NCBI GenBank assembly: GCA_964588355.1
Contig: CAZPPB010000002.1
Span: forward strand, 16,218-80,217
Source: an uncultured Spirochaetaceae bacterium
Lineage (GTDB): Bacteria > Spirochaetota > Spirochaetia > SZUA-6 > DRHE01
DNA length: 64,000 bases
Direction: 5' to 3'
How positions within the stretch are numbered: the stretch's first letter is position 1; the number at the start of each line of letters is the position of its first letter. A program made the position numbers and the translations under genes. A model generated the notes under the pieces. It had not been told where the DNA came from. It worked only from the letters and a program-made list of their open reading frames with translations, and ran no database searches. Shown here piece after piece: positions 1 through 10,409 of the stretch.

Positions 1-24
1 TTCAATCCGAAAGAGCAGTATCGG

Positions 25-600
25 ATGAACTACAACACATCCCTGCTGAACCTCCTGGAGGCCCTGCGGCAGGAGCTGTGGAAGAGGCGGGTGTTCATCG
101 ATGCAATCGAATTGGTGATTAAAGTATGCCAAAACATGCCCCACTTCACCACAGACCTGGTCGAAACGGGAGGGCGACGGAAGATCACGAACGACAGCAT
201 AGCCGTTGCCGCGGAACAGGCGCGGAAGCACTACGACGGCGAAAATTTTCCGGCAGCCGCTACCACGCTTTCCAGGATCTCCGAGGAAGTGGAACAGGTT
301 CCGGAGTTCGACAGGTTGATAATTCGCTACCTCAAAGAGATCTCCCAGCGTTACGCGCTTCTGGCAAAGGAGTTCGAAGAACGGCTGGAAGGCGAGATCT
401 TGACAAAACTGGATGTCATCTTCGAGCCCCGCTACAAGACCGTGTATCAAAAAGCCCGGGAGTACATCGACACCTACGAGAAGTTGAAAGCCTTCGCCAT
501 GAATAGCGGCGCCCTGGGCAACAAGAAGAGCGCCTGGTATTCCCTGGTGGAGGATAAAAAAACAGAACTGAAACTGCAGTTCTATTCGGGAAAACGCTAG
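25..600 (+). CDS. hypothetical protein (charged, helical; possibly continues upstream of window start)
   Basis: 191-aa ORF with coding-like composition; no recognisable motif. Confidence 0.45.
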   Translation: MNYNTSLLNLLEALRQELWKRRVFIDAIELVIKVCQNMPHFTTDLVETGGRRKITNDSIAVAAEQARKHYDGENFPAAATTLSRISEEVEQVPEFDRLIIRYLKEISQRYALLAKEFEERLEGEILTKLDVIFEPRYKTVYQKAREYIDTYEKLKAFAMNSGALGNKKSAWYSLVEDKKTELKLQFYSGKR

Positions 601-603
601 CCT

Positions 604-1281
604 TCAGTTTCCGCCCAAGATGAATCCGCCGAACTGCTCGACACTGTCGAAGTAGATGTCGCAGTTTTCCCGCATGAAGGTATGGATCTCGGGAATTCGA
701 TGCGCCCAGCCGGCCGCGGCGATTGCCACCCCCGCGGCCCGGGACATCAGCAGCCCGGGTTTCAGGTCATCGACGATCAGGGCCTGAGCGGGGGATAGAT
801 CGAAGCGCTGAAGGATGCTGCGGACCGGCCAGGGACTGGGTTTGCGGCGGGACTCATCGTAGTCCCAACCGAAAACCAGATCCGGCAGGAAGCCTTCCTC
901 TCCCCCGGCGGCCCGATACGCGTTCAGGATAAACTCCTCCTCCGAATGGGACACCACCGTGATGATTCCCCCCCGGGCCCGATAGGCGCGCAGGGATTCG
1001 AGAAAGCCCGGGAAGAATGGGGGGATCCTGCTGGTGTTGAACTCCCTCCATATCTTGTATTCGATTTCCAGCTCTTCCTCGCTCAAACCTAGTTCTTCCC
1101 TCAGGTAGCCCATGATCCCCGGTTCGAAGTTCTTGAGAAACCAACCGTCCAGATCGATCGCCTCCATCCCGGGACGCAGCAATCGCATCGATTCCACGTG
1201 GGAAGGGTGGTGGATCACAGCGGTACTGTTTACAGCTGTGTCATCGTGATCCAGGATCAGGCATTGATAGGGCAGGTCCAT
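604..1281 (-). CDS. HAD-superfamily hydrolase
   Basis: N-terminal LILDHDDTAV (HAD motif I DxDxT); later VVSHSEEE and KPSP, consistent with HAD motifs II/III. Confidence 0.6.
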   Translation of the reverse strand: MDLPYQCLILDHDDTAVNSTAVIHHPSHVESMRLLRPGMEAIDLDGWFLKNFEPGIMGYLREELGLSEEELEIEYKIWREFNTSRIPPFFPGFLESLRAYRARGGIITVVSHSEEEFILNAYRAAGGEEGFLPDLVFGWDYDESRRKPSPWPVRSILQRFDLSPAQALIVDDLKPGLLMSRAAGVAIAAAGWAHRIPEIHTFMRENCDIYFDSVEQFGGFILGGN

Positions 1282-1383
1282 CGATTCCTCAGATTAAACA
1301 GTGCGCCTGAGTTTGAGTCAAGTCATCACCTTTCCTCACCGCATCAGTTGTTGATACAATGTAGATCGATCGGAGTGAAGACG

Positions 1384-2280
1384 ATGGAGCTGCAGGTTCT
1401 TGAGATTAAGAAGCGCTACGGATCGGTGCAGGCCGTGGATGGTATTTCCCTGACCGCCTCCCCCGGAAAGATCTACGGCCTGCTCGGTCCCAATGGGGCG
1501 GGCAAGACCACCACGATCCGAATGATCATGAACATCATCGCCCCGGACGAGGGTCAGATCCTCTTCGACGGCAAACCGATCCGCCCCGGAGACAAGAATC
1601 GTATCGGCTATCTTCCCGAAGAACGGGGTCTGTACAGGAAGATGGTCTTGAACGAGTTGCTCCAGTATTTCGCCTCCCTCAAGGGGGGGAGGCGGGGGTA
1701 CATTCAGGATCGTATCGACGGCTGGCTGGAGCGCTTCGACCTGTCGGAATGGAAGATGCGCAAGGTCGAGGAGCTGTCCAAAGGGATGAGCCAGAAGGTC
1801 CAGTTCATCGTCTCCGTGCTCCATGAACCGGACATCCTCGTGCTGGACGAGCCCTTCGCCGGTCTGGACCCTGTCAGCACCGAAGCCCTGAGAAAGGCGG
1901 TTCTGGATCTGAAAAAGCAGGGCAAGACGATCCTGCTCTCAACCCACATTATGGAGCAGGCCGAGCGGATGTGCGGAGAGATCCTGATCATCGATTCCGG
2001 ACGGGAGGTGCTTTGCGGTTCGGTGGAAGCAATCAAAAGCCGCTTCGGGAAGAACAGCGTGATCATCGAGTTCGACGGGGACTCCGATATCCTCCAGCGC
2101 TGTGAGCTCACCACGGATGTAATCTCCTACCCCCGCTGGATCGAGGCGGAGTTGGCCCCCGGAGCAACCCCGGATGCGCTGCTCGGTTACCTGGTCGGAA
2201 AGATCTCCCTCAAGAGATTCGAAGTAGTCACCCCCTCTCTGCACAAGATCTTCATCGATCAGCTGGAGAAAGGACGGTAG
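1384..2280 (+). CDS. ABC transporter ATP-binding protein (ABC-2 type exporter ATPase)
   Basis: Walker A GPNGAGKTT, ABC signature LSKGMSQK, Walker B LVLDEPFAGLDP; ATG at 1384 preceded by GGAG; ORF-track start 1198 is an upstream extension. Confidence 0.9.
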   Translation: MELQVLEIKKRYGSVQAVDGISLTASPGKIYGLLGPNGAGKTTTIRMIMNIIAPDEGQILFDGKPIRPGDKNRIGYLPEERGLYRKMVLNELLQYFASLKGGRRGYIQDRIDGWLERFDLSEWKMRKVEELSKGMSQKVQFIVSVLHEPDILVLDEPFAGLDPVSTEALRKAVLDLKKQGKTILLSTHIMEQAERMCGEILIIDSGREVLCGSVEAIKSRFGKNSVIIEFDGDSDILQRCELTTDVISYPRWIEAELAPGATPDALLGYLVGKISLKRFEVVTPSLHKIFIDQLEKGR

Positions 2281-2286
2281 AAGAGG

Positions 2287-3507
2287 ATGGAAAAACTGCG
2301 CAAAGTCATCGGTCACGAGTTCCGCATGATCGCCGCTACCAGGGCTTTCATCATTCTGACGATTATAGGTCCGTTTCTGCTCATCGGCATGACCGTTGTG
2401 CCGGCCCTGGTTTCTCAAGGGACCGAGCGCAGGGGCATCGAAATCGCCGCGACCGGCATCTCCCCCGAGCTGCACGCCGCGATCTCCCCGCCCCTCGAGC
2501 AGCTCGGGATCGAGCTGGAAGCGAGCGATCTGCCGGCGGAGGATCTGGAGAAACGGCTCAGGGAGGAGGACCTGTACGGATACCTCGTCTTTCCCGAGAA
2601 CATTCTCTCCGCAGGCCCTCTGGAGCTGGTCACGGCGGAGTTCCCCGATTATCGGATCGTGGAGGCGATGAAAGGGGTGATAGGGCAGGTGGTCATGGAT
2701 GAGCGGATCAGGCAAGCCGGCCTGGATTCGACGCAGATTCGAGCCTTGATCTCCCCGGTTGATATTGAAGCCAAGCAGATCACCCGCAGCGGTGCAAAAG
2801 CTCAGACCGACAGCTTTTCCTTCATCATGATCGGGATCACCTTCACCTTGATGCTGTACATGACGATTCTGATGTACGGACAGTCCATTGGACGTTCCGT
2901 CGTTCAGGAGAAGACCGCGAAGACAGTCGAAATCATGCTCTCCTCGGTGAGTGAGAAGGACCTGCTGTTCGGCAAGATCTTCGGGCAGGCTGCCGCGAGC
3001 CTGCTGCAGTACGCGCTCTGGGTCGGCATGGCCCTGATCGGGACTCGCCTCATCGGACCCGCTCTGGGCCTGGATCGGCTTCCCCAGTTGAGCGTTTCCA
3101 CGCTGCTGTACCTGGTGCTGTTTTTCCTGCTCGGCTTCTTTCTCTTCGCCTCGATCTTCGCAGCCTTCGGAGCTGCTGCCCGGGATGAGCAGAACCTGGG
3201 GCAGTTGTCCTGGCCGGTGATCGTGGTCCTGGTGTTTCCCGTGGTGTCAGCAGGGCCGCTCATCACCGCCCCCAGCTCCTCCTTCAGCGTCTTTCTGTCT
3301 CTGTTCCCATTGACAGCGCCGATCGTGATGTTCGTGCGCATACTGGTGAGCGATCCGGCCAGCTGGCAGATCCTCCTGTCCGTAGGTATCCAGATCGGCA
3401 CGGTGGCGGTGGTAATCCTGCTGGCGGCCAAGATCTTTCGCGTCGGCATCCTTATGACGGGAAAACGCTTCAACCTTGCGGAGGTTTTCAGCCTGCTCAA
3501 GACATAG
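2287..3507 (+). CDS. ABC-2 family transporter permease
   Basis: 406 aa, N-terminal TM helix then large loop then five or more C-terminal TM helices; starts 7 nt after the ATPase stop. Confidence 0.8.
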   Translation: MEKLRKVIGHEFRMIAATRAFIILTIIGPFLLIGMTVVPALVSQGTERRGIEIAATGISPELHAAISPPLEQLGIELEASDLPAEDLEKRLREEDLYGYLVFPENILSAGPLELVTAEFPDYRIVEAMKGVIGQVVMDERIRQAGLDSTQIRALISPVDIEAKQITRSGAKAQTDSFSFIMIGITFTLMLYMTILMYGQSIGRSVVQEKTAKTVEIMLSSVSEKDLLFGKIFGQAAASLLQYALWVGMALIGTRLIGPALGLDRLPQLSVSTLLYLVLFFLLGFFLFASIFAAFGAAARDEQNLGQLSWPVIVVLVFPVVSAGPLITAPSSSFSVFLSLFPLTAPIVMFVRILVSDPASWQILLSVGIQIGTVAVVILLAAKIFRVGILMTGKRFNLAEVFSLLKT

Positions 3508-3514
3508 CGGGTCT

Positions 3515-4120
3515 TTACGGCAGCTGCTCCAGCTTGACCGCGAAGCAGTGCCCCAGAGACAGGATGATCTCCATGGGCAGTTGAAACTGGATTGTGGAAT
3601 CGAAGAGAAACGTGACCCGGGCGGGAAACTCCTCATCGGCGGTATAGAGGACGCAGGCCAGAGGGATGCGTGGAAGGGCCACAAAGGCGAAGGAGGAATC
3701 CCCGAAATCCAATGCTTCGCCGCCCAACTGCAGACAATGCCGGCGAAACAGTTGCGCATCCGATCCGTAGCGTTTTTCCAGCGTGTCGGAGGGCAGATGG
3801 TGGGGGCCGCTGAAGAAATTGCTTCCACCGGGCAGCTGTTTCTCATTGACCCACTGCCCCGCTGGTTCGATCTCCGTAGCCCGGATCAGATAGATCAGCA
3901 TCAGAAGCTCGAACTCCGCGTCGCCGGCCAGGGGATCATCCACCGGACAATGGATCCGGGCAGATGCGGGTTCCACCCGGTAGGAGGTGCCCAGGAGGGG
4001 CAGGGGAAAGCAGCCATCCCGCCAGGAAACGCCGGTACGCTCCTCGACTTCCTTGGGGTCCAGGGCTGCCAGGTCCAGCCAGTGTTTCTCCCGGCCCGAA
4101 TCGAATTGGAGTTCTTCCAT
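3515..4120 (-). CDS. hypothetical protein, possibly DUF3786-like
   Basis: 201-aa ORF; pattern recalled as resembling DUF3786; not verifiable without a profile search. Confidence 0.4.
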   Translation of the reverse strand: MEELQFDSGREKHWLDLAALDPKEVEERTGVSWRDGCFPLPLLGTSYRVEPASARIHCPVDDPLAGDAEFELLMLIYLIRATEIEPAGQWVNEKQLPGGSNFFSGPHHLPSDTLEKRYGSDAQLFRRHCLQLGGEALDFGDSSFAFVALPRIPLACVLYTADEEFPARVTFLFDSTIQFQLPMEIILSLGHCFAVKLEQLP

Positions 4121-4233
4121 GACAACGTGAGTTTAGCCTCTCAGCCGGGTTTAGGTCAAATCGCTGTGGATAAAACGGCGGTTTTTCCGTACTGTCAATA
4201 CAGATCAACTGTCGGCACAGGGAGGGATCAGCA

Positions 4234-5247
4234 GTGGCGGAGGTACTGAAAGCGGCTTTCGTGGGTTTTCGGCATATGCATATGTTCGATATCCACGCTC
4301 ACCTGAACAAGAGCAAGGATGTGGAGATCGCGGCGGTCTGCGAGGAGGATGCCCAAACACGGAATGAGCTGGCTGCGGACGGCAGGATTGAGGTGAGCCA
4401 TACGGTTTTCGAGGATATGCTCGAGGCCGTGGACTTCGATCTTCTGGTGGTCGGGGAGGTTTTTTCGGGAAGGGGCAGGTTGATCCGTGCCGCCCTGGAA
4501 GCGGGGAAGCACGTTCTGAGTGACAAGCCGATCTGTACGGATCTGGAACAGTTGGGTGAGATCGCGGCTCTTTCTGTCCGGCAGCACCTGGTCGTCGGTG
4601 CTGCCTTGGACCTGAGGGATGCGGGAGCTTTCCGCCGCGCCCGGCAGCTGATCCGCTCCGGCACCATCGGTGCTCTGCGCGCCGTCACTTTCAGCGCACA
4701 GCATCCGCTTCTATTGGACACCCGGCCCGGTTGGTATTTCGAAAACGGAAATCACGGCGGAACGATCAACGATATCGCGATCCATGCGGTGGATCTGCTT
4801 CAATGGATCTCCGATCGGGGATTCAGCGAGATTTTGGCTGCCCGGAGTTGGAACGCGGGACTTTCCGCTGCTCCCGGATTCCGCAACGCCGCCCAGGTGA
4901 TCCTGGTCATGGACGGGGGTTGCGGGGTGATTGGAGATGTGTCCTACATCTCTCCCGACGGATTCCGCTATTCCCTGCCGCAGTACTGGCGCTTCAATTT
5001 CTGGGGTGATCGGGGAATGATCGAATCCGGATTGAATCTGCCGAAGCTGAGCCTGTATCGCTCGGATGCGGACACCGTCGAAGAAATGGATCTTCCTCCG
5101 GACCGTTCCGGGGGCTATTTGGAGGATCTGCTCCTGGCCATCAGGACAGGCCGCGGCTATCCCAACACCGCGTTATTCTCCGCCACCGAAGTATGTTTGA
5201 AGGCTCAGCAGGCCGCAGACCGGGGTGTGTTCGGAATTTCGTTGTAA
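4234..5247 (+). CDS. Gfo/Idh/MocA family oxidoreductase
   Basis: N-terminal Rossmann-like AAFVGFRHMHM..H, EAGKHVLSDKP (conserved EKP-like motif); GTG start with GGAGGGA 6 nt upstream. Confidence 0.75.
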   Translation: MAEVLKAAFVGFRHMHMFDIHAHLNKSKDVEIAAVCEEDAQTRNELAADGRIEVSHTVFEDMLEAVDFDLLVVGEVFSGRGRLIRAALEAGKHVLSDKPICTDLEQLGEIAALSVRQHLVVGAALDLRDAGAFRRARQLIRSGTIGALRAVTFSAQHPLLLDTRPGWYFENGNHGGTINDIAIHAVDLLQWISDRGFSEILAARSWNAGLSAAPGFRNAAQVILVMDGGCGVIGDVSYISPDGFRYSLPQYWRFNFWGDRGMIESGLNLPKLSLYRSDADTVEEMDLPPDRSGGYLEDLLLAIRTGRGYPNTALFSATEVCLKAQQAADRGVFGISL

Positions 5248-5303
5248 GACTGAATTTTTTCTTGCAATTTCTCGTCTGCTACACAAGAATAGGAACAACT
5301 CCG

Positions 5304-5507
5304 ATGAATACGGCCGGCCAACCAAAGAAGCGACTCGGTGAAGCCCTGGTGCAACGGGGAGCGATGACCGAAGAGCAGGTGAAACAGGTGCTTCTCAAAC
5401 AACGCGAGCAAAGCGGAATGGATAAACTGTTCGGTGAGATCGCCGTAGAGCTGAACTTCGTCGATTCCCAGATGATCGAGGATATCCTCAACCAGGGGAC
5501 GGACTGA
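5304..5507 (+). CDS. MshEN / T2SS-E N-terminal-domain-like mini-protein (67 aa)
   Basis: KKRLGEALVQRGAMTEEQVKQVLLKQREQSG..LFGEIAVELNFVDSQMIEDIL matches the repeated LGEiLv..g.iteeql..aL motif of the GspE/MshE N-domain; internal ATG at 5304; upstream part of track ORF 5193 looks non-coding. Confidence 0.5.
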   Translation: MNTAGQPKKRLGEALVQRGAMTEEQVKQVLLKQREQSGMDKLFGEIAVELNFVDSQMIEDILNQGTD

Positions 5508-5512
5508 CATTC

Positions 5513-6769
5513 TCAGCTGCGAACGCTTCGAAGCAGTACTCTCAGCACGGTATCGATTCGAGACAATTCCGAGGCCAGCTGTCCGGCAGCCGCGGGACTG
5601 AGCGGGAAGCAGTCGTTTTCCAGTTCGAGCAGCACCTTGTAGACCCCGTCCACAGCCCGGCCGGCGGACAGATCGTCGTTCATATGCTTTTCGAATTCCT
5701 CACGGATACTCTCGATTAATTCCCTGGCTCGCCGATCTGCGGGATTGGGCTCGGAGTCCCCGCGCGGTGTCTCTACCAGTTTTCGGATCAGGGAGCGGAT
5801 CGAGTCGATATATTCAACCGCCCGGGTGAAGCGCACACTGGTGAGGTTCAGCTTCCGCCGGTAGTGGGTGTAGATCAGAAAGAACCGCAGGTGATGGGGC
5901 TGAGTGTCCCATGTCAGCATATCCTCCGGATAGCGGATATTGCCCACGCTTTTGGACATCGTCTTGCCATCGATCACCAGGTGTTCCCCGTGGAGGTAGT
6001 AGTTCGCGTACTCCTTTCCCGACAGGGATTCGATAATCGCGATATTGTAGTCGTGGTGTCTGTAGATGTTGTCGATCCCCCCGCAGTTGATGTCGATTTG
6101 GTATCCCAGATTCTCCGTGACCATCGCCGGATCCTGGATGTTCCAGGAGGGTCTGCCCCTGCCGATCTCGGTATCCCAGGTGCTCAGGTCCCCATCCTCG
6201 TGCCCGTGCCATAGGACAAAATCCCCCAGGTTCCAGCGGCGGCCGTTGTAGGTGTCCTTTTTGAAACGGATTTTCTTTTTCGGCCATCTGCTCATGTCCA
6301 GCCGAAACAGCTTGCCGAAGCCTTCGAACTTCAGGGGATCGAAAAAAACCTTGTTCTCATGCCAGTAAGCCAGGCCCTTGTCGATCAATTTTTGGATCAG
6401 ATGAACCGCCTGGTCGATGCTCGTCGAAGCCCTGGGTATCCTGGGGGGAAGCTTGATATCCAGGATCTCGGTCTCTTTGTGGAAATGTTCAGCTACTTCC
6501 GCGGCGATCTGCTGGGGATTTTTCCCCACCGCTACCGCCTCTTCCAGCATTTTGTCTTCCACATCGGTGAAATTGATAACACGGTTGACCTTGTATCCGA
6601 GGTATTCCAAGTAGCGGACCAGGATATCCTCGTAGAGAAAGGTGCGGTAGTTGCCGATGTGGGGACGGCGGTACGTCGACGGTCCGCAGGTGAAGATTTT
6701 GACCTCTCCCTCCTTCAGTGGCTGAAAGGTCTCCTTGCTGCGGCTCATCGTGTTGTACAATCGAAGCAT
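5513..6769 (-). CDS. cysS: cysteine--tRNA ligase
   Basis: Class I aaRS: CGPSTYRRPHIGN (HIGH), KTMSKSVGN (KMSKS), zinc-ligand context NCGGIDNIYRHHDYN; start MLRLYNTMSR with GAGGGG RBS (the track start 6820 is an extension). Confidence 0.8.
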   Translation of the reverse strand: MLRLYNTMSRSKETFQPLKEGEVKIFTCGPSTYRRPHIGNYRTFLYEDILVRYLEYLGYKVNRVINFTDVEDKMLEEAVAVGKNPQQIAAEVAEHFHKETEILDIKLPPRIPRASTSIDQAVHLIQKLIDKGLAYWHENKVFFDPLKFEGFGKLFRLDMSRWPKKKIRFKKDTYNGRRWNLGDFVLWHGHEDGDLSTWDTEIGRGRPSWNIQDPAMVTENLGYQIDINCGGIDNIYRHHDYNIAIIESLSGKEYANYYLHGEHLVIDGKTMSKSVGNIRYPEDMLTWDTQPHHLRFFLIYTHYRRKLNLTSVRFTRAVEYIDSIRSLIRKLVETPRGDSEPNPADRRARELIESIREEFEKHMNDDLSAGRAVDGVYKVLLELENDCFPLSPAAAGQLASELSRIDTVLRVLLRSVRS

Positions 6770-6954
6770 TCTTCCCCTCTCTTTCTGGCCTAAAATACCC
6801 AGATACTCGCGTCGAGTCAAAGAGTCGCTGAAGAATTACCTTGCTCATTATCGCCATTTCGAATATCATGATGACGGCGGGGTTTCTCGCGCCGTCAGAT
6901 CGTATCGCAGGCGACTGCGGTCAAACGTACAATACGGAATCAGGAGCAAACGCG

Positions 6955-7950
6955 ATGGCAAATCTCAAAACGACCTATATGGGCCTGGAGTTGAAGAATC
7001 CCTTCATCGCAGGCGCCTCCGGCCATACGGCCAATGTCGACCGCATCAAACAACTGGAGGAGGCCGGAGCGGCGGCCGTGGTGACCGCTTCCCTGTTCGA
7101 AGAACAGATCCAGTATGAACGCTTCCGTCTGCAGGAGGATCTTCACCAGTTCGACAATCTGTACGCGGAGATGACGGACTTCTTCCCCCAGGTGAAGCAC
7201 GCGGGACCTAAAGAACACCTGGGTTGGGTGAAAAAGACAAAACAAAGTGTCGGGATCCCGGTGATCGCCAGCCTCAATGCAGTAAACCGCGACATCTGGA
7301 GTGAATGGGCGGTTCAGCTGGAGGATACCGGCGCGGATGCCCTGGAATGTAATTTCTACTCCACCCCGAGCAGCTTCGACCGGAGTTCCCAGGACGTGGA
7401 AAACGAGCAGGCGGAGATCCTCGCGGAGGTCAAAAACAAGGTCAAGATCCCGCTGAGCGTGAAGCTGAGCGCCTTCTATTCGAATCCGCTGTATTTCATA
7501 AAGCGGCTCGATGAGGTCGGCGTTCGGGGATTCGTGCTGTTCAACCGTCTGTTCCAGCCTGACATCGACGTCGATAAGCAGACCAACAGCTATCGCCACA
7601 GCTTGAGCACCGGGACGGAGTTCGAGGCGTCGCTTCGCTATGCCGGGTTGCTGCACGGAAACATCCGGGGGGATGTGTGTGCCAACAGCGGAATAATGAC
7701 CGGAAAGGATGCGATCAAGCTGATCCTGGCCGGGGCCTCCTGCGTGCAGGTCGTCAGTACCCTGTACAAGAACAAGATCAGCAGCCTGGCCAGCCTGATC
7801 AAGGAAGCGGAGTCCTGGATGGACGACAAGGGATACAAGGATCTGCCTGGCTTCCAGGGAAAGATGGACGCCAAGAACAACCGGGATCCGGCATTCTACC
7901 GCCGCGCCCAGTACGTCAAAAACATCATCAAGGCGGATTACTCGAACTGA
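6955..7950 (+). CDS. dihydroorotate dehydrogenase-like protein (DHOD-like TIM barrel)
   Basis: MANLKTTYMGLELKNPFIAGASG..EEAGAAAVVTASLFEEQI matches the PyrD-like family N-terminus; AGGAGC RBS upstream of ATG 6955. Confidence 0.7.
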   Translation: MANLKTTYMGLELKNPFIAGASGHTANVDRIKQLEEAGAAAVVTASLFEEQIQYERFRLQEDLHQFDNLYAEMTDFFPQVKHAGPKEHLGWVKKTKQSVGIPVIASLNAVNRDIWSEWAVQLEDTGADALECNFYSTPSSFDRSSQDVENEQAEILAEVKNKVKIPLSVKLSAFYSNPLYFIKRLDEVGVRGFVLFNRLFQPDIDVDKQTNSYRHSLSTGTEFEASLRYAGLLHGNIRGDVCANSGIMTGKDAIKLILAGASCVQVVSTLYKNKISSLASLIKEAESWMDDKGYKDLPGFQGKMDAKNNRDPAFYRRAQYVKNIIKADYSN

Positions 7951-7953
7951 GGG

Positions 7954-8289
7954 CTAATCAGCCATGGCGAGGTAACTCTTCAGCTCTTTGAAGGCCAAGT
8001 CCCGCTGTTTGACATCGATCTTGGTCTCCTTGATCGCCTTGCGCAGAACGTTGTCCCACTTGCTGTCGGAGAGGTCTTCTTTCATCTCCGCTAGCAGCGT
8101 GAGGATCTCCGCATTGTCTTTCAGATTGTAGATCTTCTTGTCGTCGTGGTAGAAGAGGGAATAGAGCTTCTTGATATAGTCCCCAACGCTGCGGTCCGCC
8201 CGGTTTTCCAGCCTTTTCTCGAGCAGCTCTTCTTTTTTACGGGCTCTCTTGAACTCTCGATCGATTCTGTCGATATCTGTACTTTTCAT
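7954..8289 (-). CDS. hypothetical coiled-coil protein
   Basis: 111 aa from internal Met (MKSTDIDRIDRE..); K/E-rich; no motif. Confidence 0.35.
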   Translation of the reverse strand: MKSTDIDRIDREFKRARKKEELLEKRLENRADRSVGDYIKKLYSLFYHDDKKIYNLKDNAEILTLLAEMKEDLSDSKWDNVLRKAIKETKIDVKQRDLAFKELKSYLAMAD

Positions 8290-8476
8290 GTCGCCCCTCC
8301 TCGTACACCCACAAATATAGTGAAAGGGTGGGCGAAAAACAAGGTGGGAGGCCGCCCTGACCCGCTCCCCTTTTTCGATTGACAACCCAAACCGCCGATG
8401 TTACGCTTCTCTGTCGCCGAAAAGCTCTCGGGGCGATACCCGGGAGCTCGATTTTCGTTTCGAAGGGGGGAGTGGA

Positions 8477-10409
8477 TATGGGTGACACCATACCGAAACT
8501 GATGCTGGAGCACGTGCGCAGAGAACCGGAGATGACGATCCAGTGGTCAAAAGATGCAACCGGTACGTTCCAGCCGTTCGTCTGGAGACAGGTGCTCGAC
8601 GAGGTCGAGGCCTTTGCCGCGGGTTTGCTGGACCTCGGGATCAAGCGGGGGGATCACATCGGCATGATCTCCGAGAACATGAAAGAGTGGTTTTGGGCGG
8701 ATATGGCCATTCTGTCCATCGGTGCGGTGGACGTGCCCAGGGGATCCGATTCCACGGCCCCCGAGATCCGGTACATCCTGGAACACGCCGAATGCGCCCT
8801 GTGCATCGTGGAGAATCTGGCTCAGCTGGAAAAGGTGCTCTCGATCAAGAAGAGTCTGAAAAGGCTCAAGACCCTCATCGTGCTGGATCCGGATTTCAAG
8901 AAGGTCGACGAAATTGCCGTTGCCCAAATGGCCAAAAACGCCGGCGTCAAGGTGTTTAGTTTCAAAGAGGTGCAGGAGCGGGGCCGGGAATACGCCCGCA
9001 AACATCCGGGTTTTCTCGAGGAGGACATCGCCGAGGGTAAGCCCGAGGATCTGGCCACCCTGATCTACACCTCCGGAACCACCGGGGAACCCAAGGGGGT
9101 GATGCTGACCCACAGCAACTACATGCATCAGATACCAACGCCCCTCAAGCACCTCGATATACGGAAGGGTGATATTTTCCTTTCAGTACTTCCGGTCTGG
9201 CACTCCTACGAACGGGCCATCGGCTATGTAGCCACCTTCGCCGGCTGTTCCATTGCCTATTCCAAACTGGTTGCCCAGGTCATGTTGGAGGACATGGGCA
9301 AGATCAAGCCGCAGATCTTTCCCTCGGTTCCCCGCATCTGGGAGGCGGTGAAGCGGGGCATTATCCGCAACATCGAGTCCGGCAGCTCCGTGAAAAAAGC
9401 CCTGGCCTTCTTCTTCATCTCCGTGGGTGCAGCCTACTCCAAGCTCAAGACGAGGCTCAGGGGCCTGCGGCCCCGCTTCAAGAAGTCCAGCCGCCTCGCG
9501 GATGCCCTGCTCAGCATCCTGCCCTTTCTGCTGCTTGCCCCATTGAATGCCCTTGGACAGCTGTTGGTCTTCAAGAAGATCAAGCACAGGTTGGGGGGCA
9601 AGTTCAAATTCGGCGTGTCAGGAGCCGGAGCCCTGCCGCCCCACGTGGATGAGTTCTTTGCCGCTGCGGGGATCCTGCTGCTCGAAGGTTACGGCCTTAC
9701 CGAAACCTCCCCGATCGTGTCGGTGCGGCAGAGTTTTCACCCGGTTCCCGGAACGATCGGACCGCCTCTGGAACAGGTCGAGGTCAAGGTGCTTGCCGAA
9801 GACGGTAGCGAGCTGCCTCCTGGACACAAGGGCGTGCTCTACATCCGCGGTCCCAACGTGATGAAGGGCTACTACAAGAGGCCGGAGCTGACCGCGCAGA
9901 CCATTACCGCAGACGGTTGGCTGAATACCGGAGATCTGGCCATGCTGAGTTATGACGGGGAGATCAAGATCATGGGACGGGTCAAGGAAACCGTCGTTCT
10001 GCTGGGCGGGGAGAACGTAGAACCCAGCCCGATCGAAGATACCATCTGCGAATCCGACTATGTGGATCAAGTCATGGTCGTCGGCCAGGATCAAAAATAT
10101 TTGGCCGCCCTGGTAGTGCCCAATTTTGAAACCCTGAAAGATTTTGCCGAGGAGAACGGTATCCCCTTCGAAAAGCCCGAAGACCTGCTGAACAACAATG
10201 ACGTGTACAAACTGATCATGGACGAGATCGACTCCAAGATCGGTCCCAAACGGGGCTTCAAACTCTTCGAGCGCATCAACAAGATAAAAATTCTGGTAAA
10301 ACCCTTTGAGAAAGGCGTGGAGATGACCCATACCTTGAAACTCAAACGGGATGTGATCTACGATGAGTACGACAGAGAGATAAAAGAACTATTCAAGGAA
10401 CTTCGTTAG
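8477..10409 (+). CDS. long-chain-fatty-acid--CoA ligase (AMP-binding family)
   Basis: AMP-binding motif LIYTSGTTGEPKGVMLTHSNY, YGLTE, GWLNTGD; ATG 8477 preceded by G-rich RBS. Confidence 0.85.

Noticed and set aside
1939-2715. 258-aa minus-strand ORF spanning the ABC ATPase/permease junction
   Set aside because: Overlaps two collinear, motif-supported genes on the opposite strand; artefact of high GC.
4140-4233. ACTGTC...ACTGTC direct repeat in the divergent region upstream of the oxidoreductase gene
   Set aside because: Only a 6-bp repeat with no dyad symmetry; insufficient to call an operator.
9618-10331. 237-aa minus-strand ORF inside the acyl-CoA ligase gene
   Set aside because: Antisense to a gene with clear AMP-binding motifs; no motif of its own.
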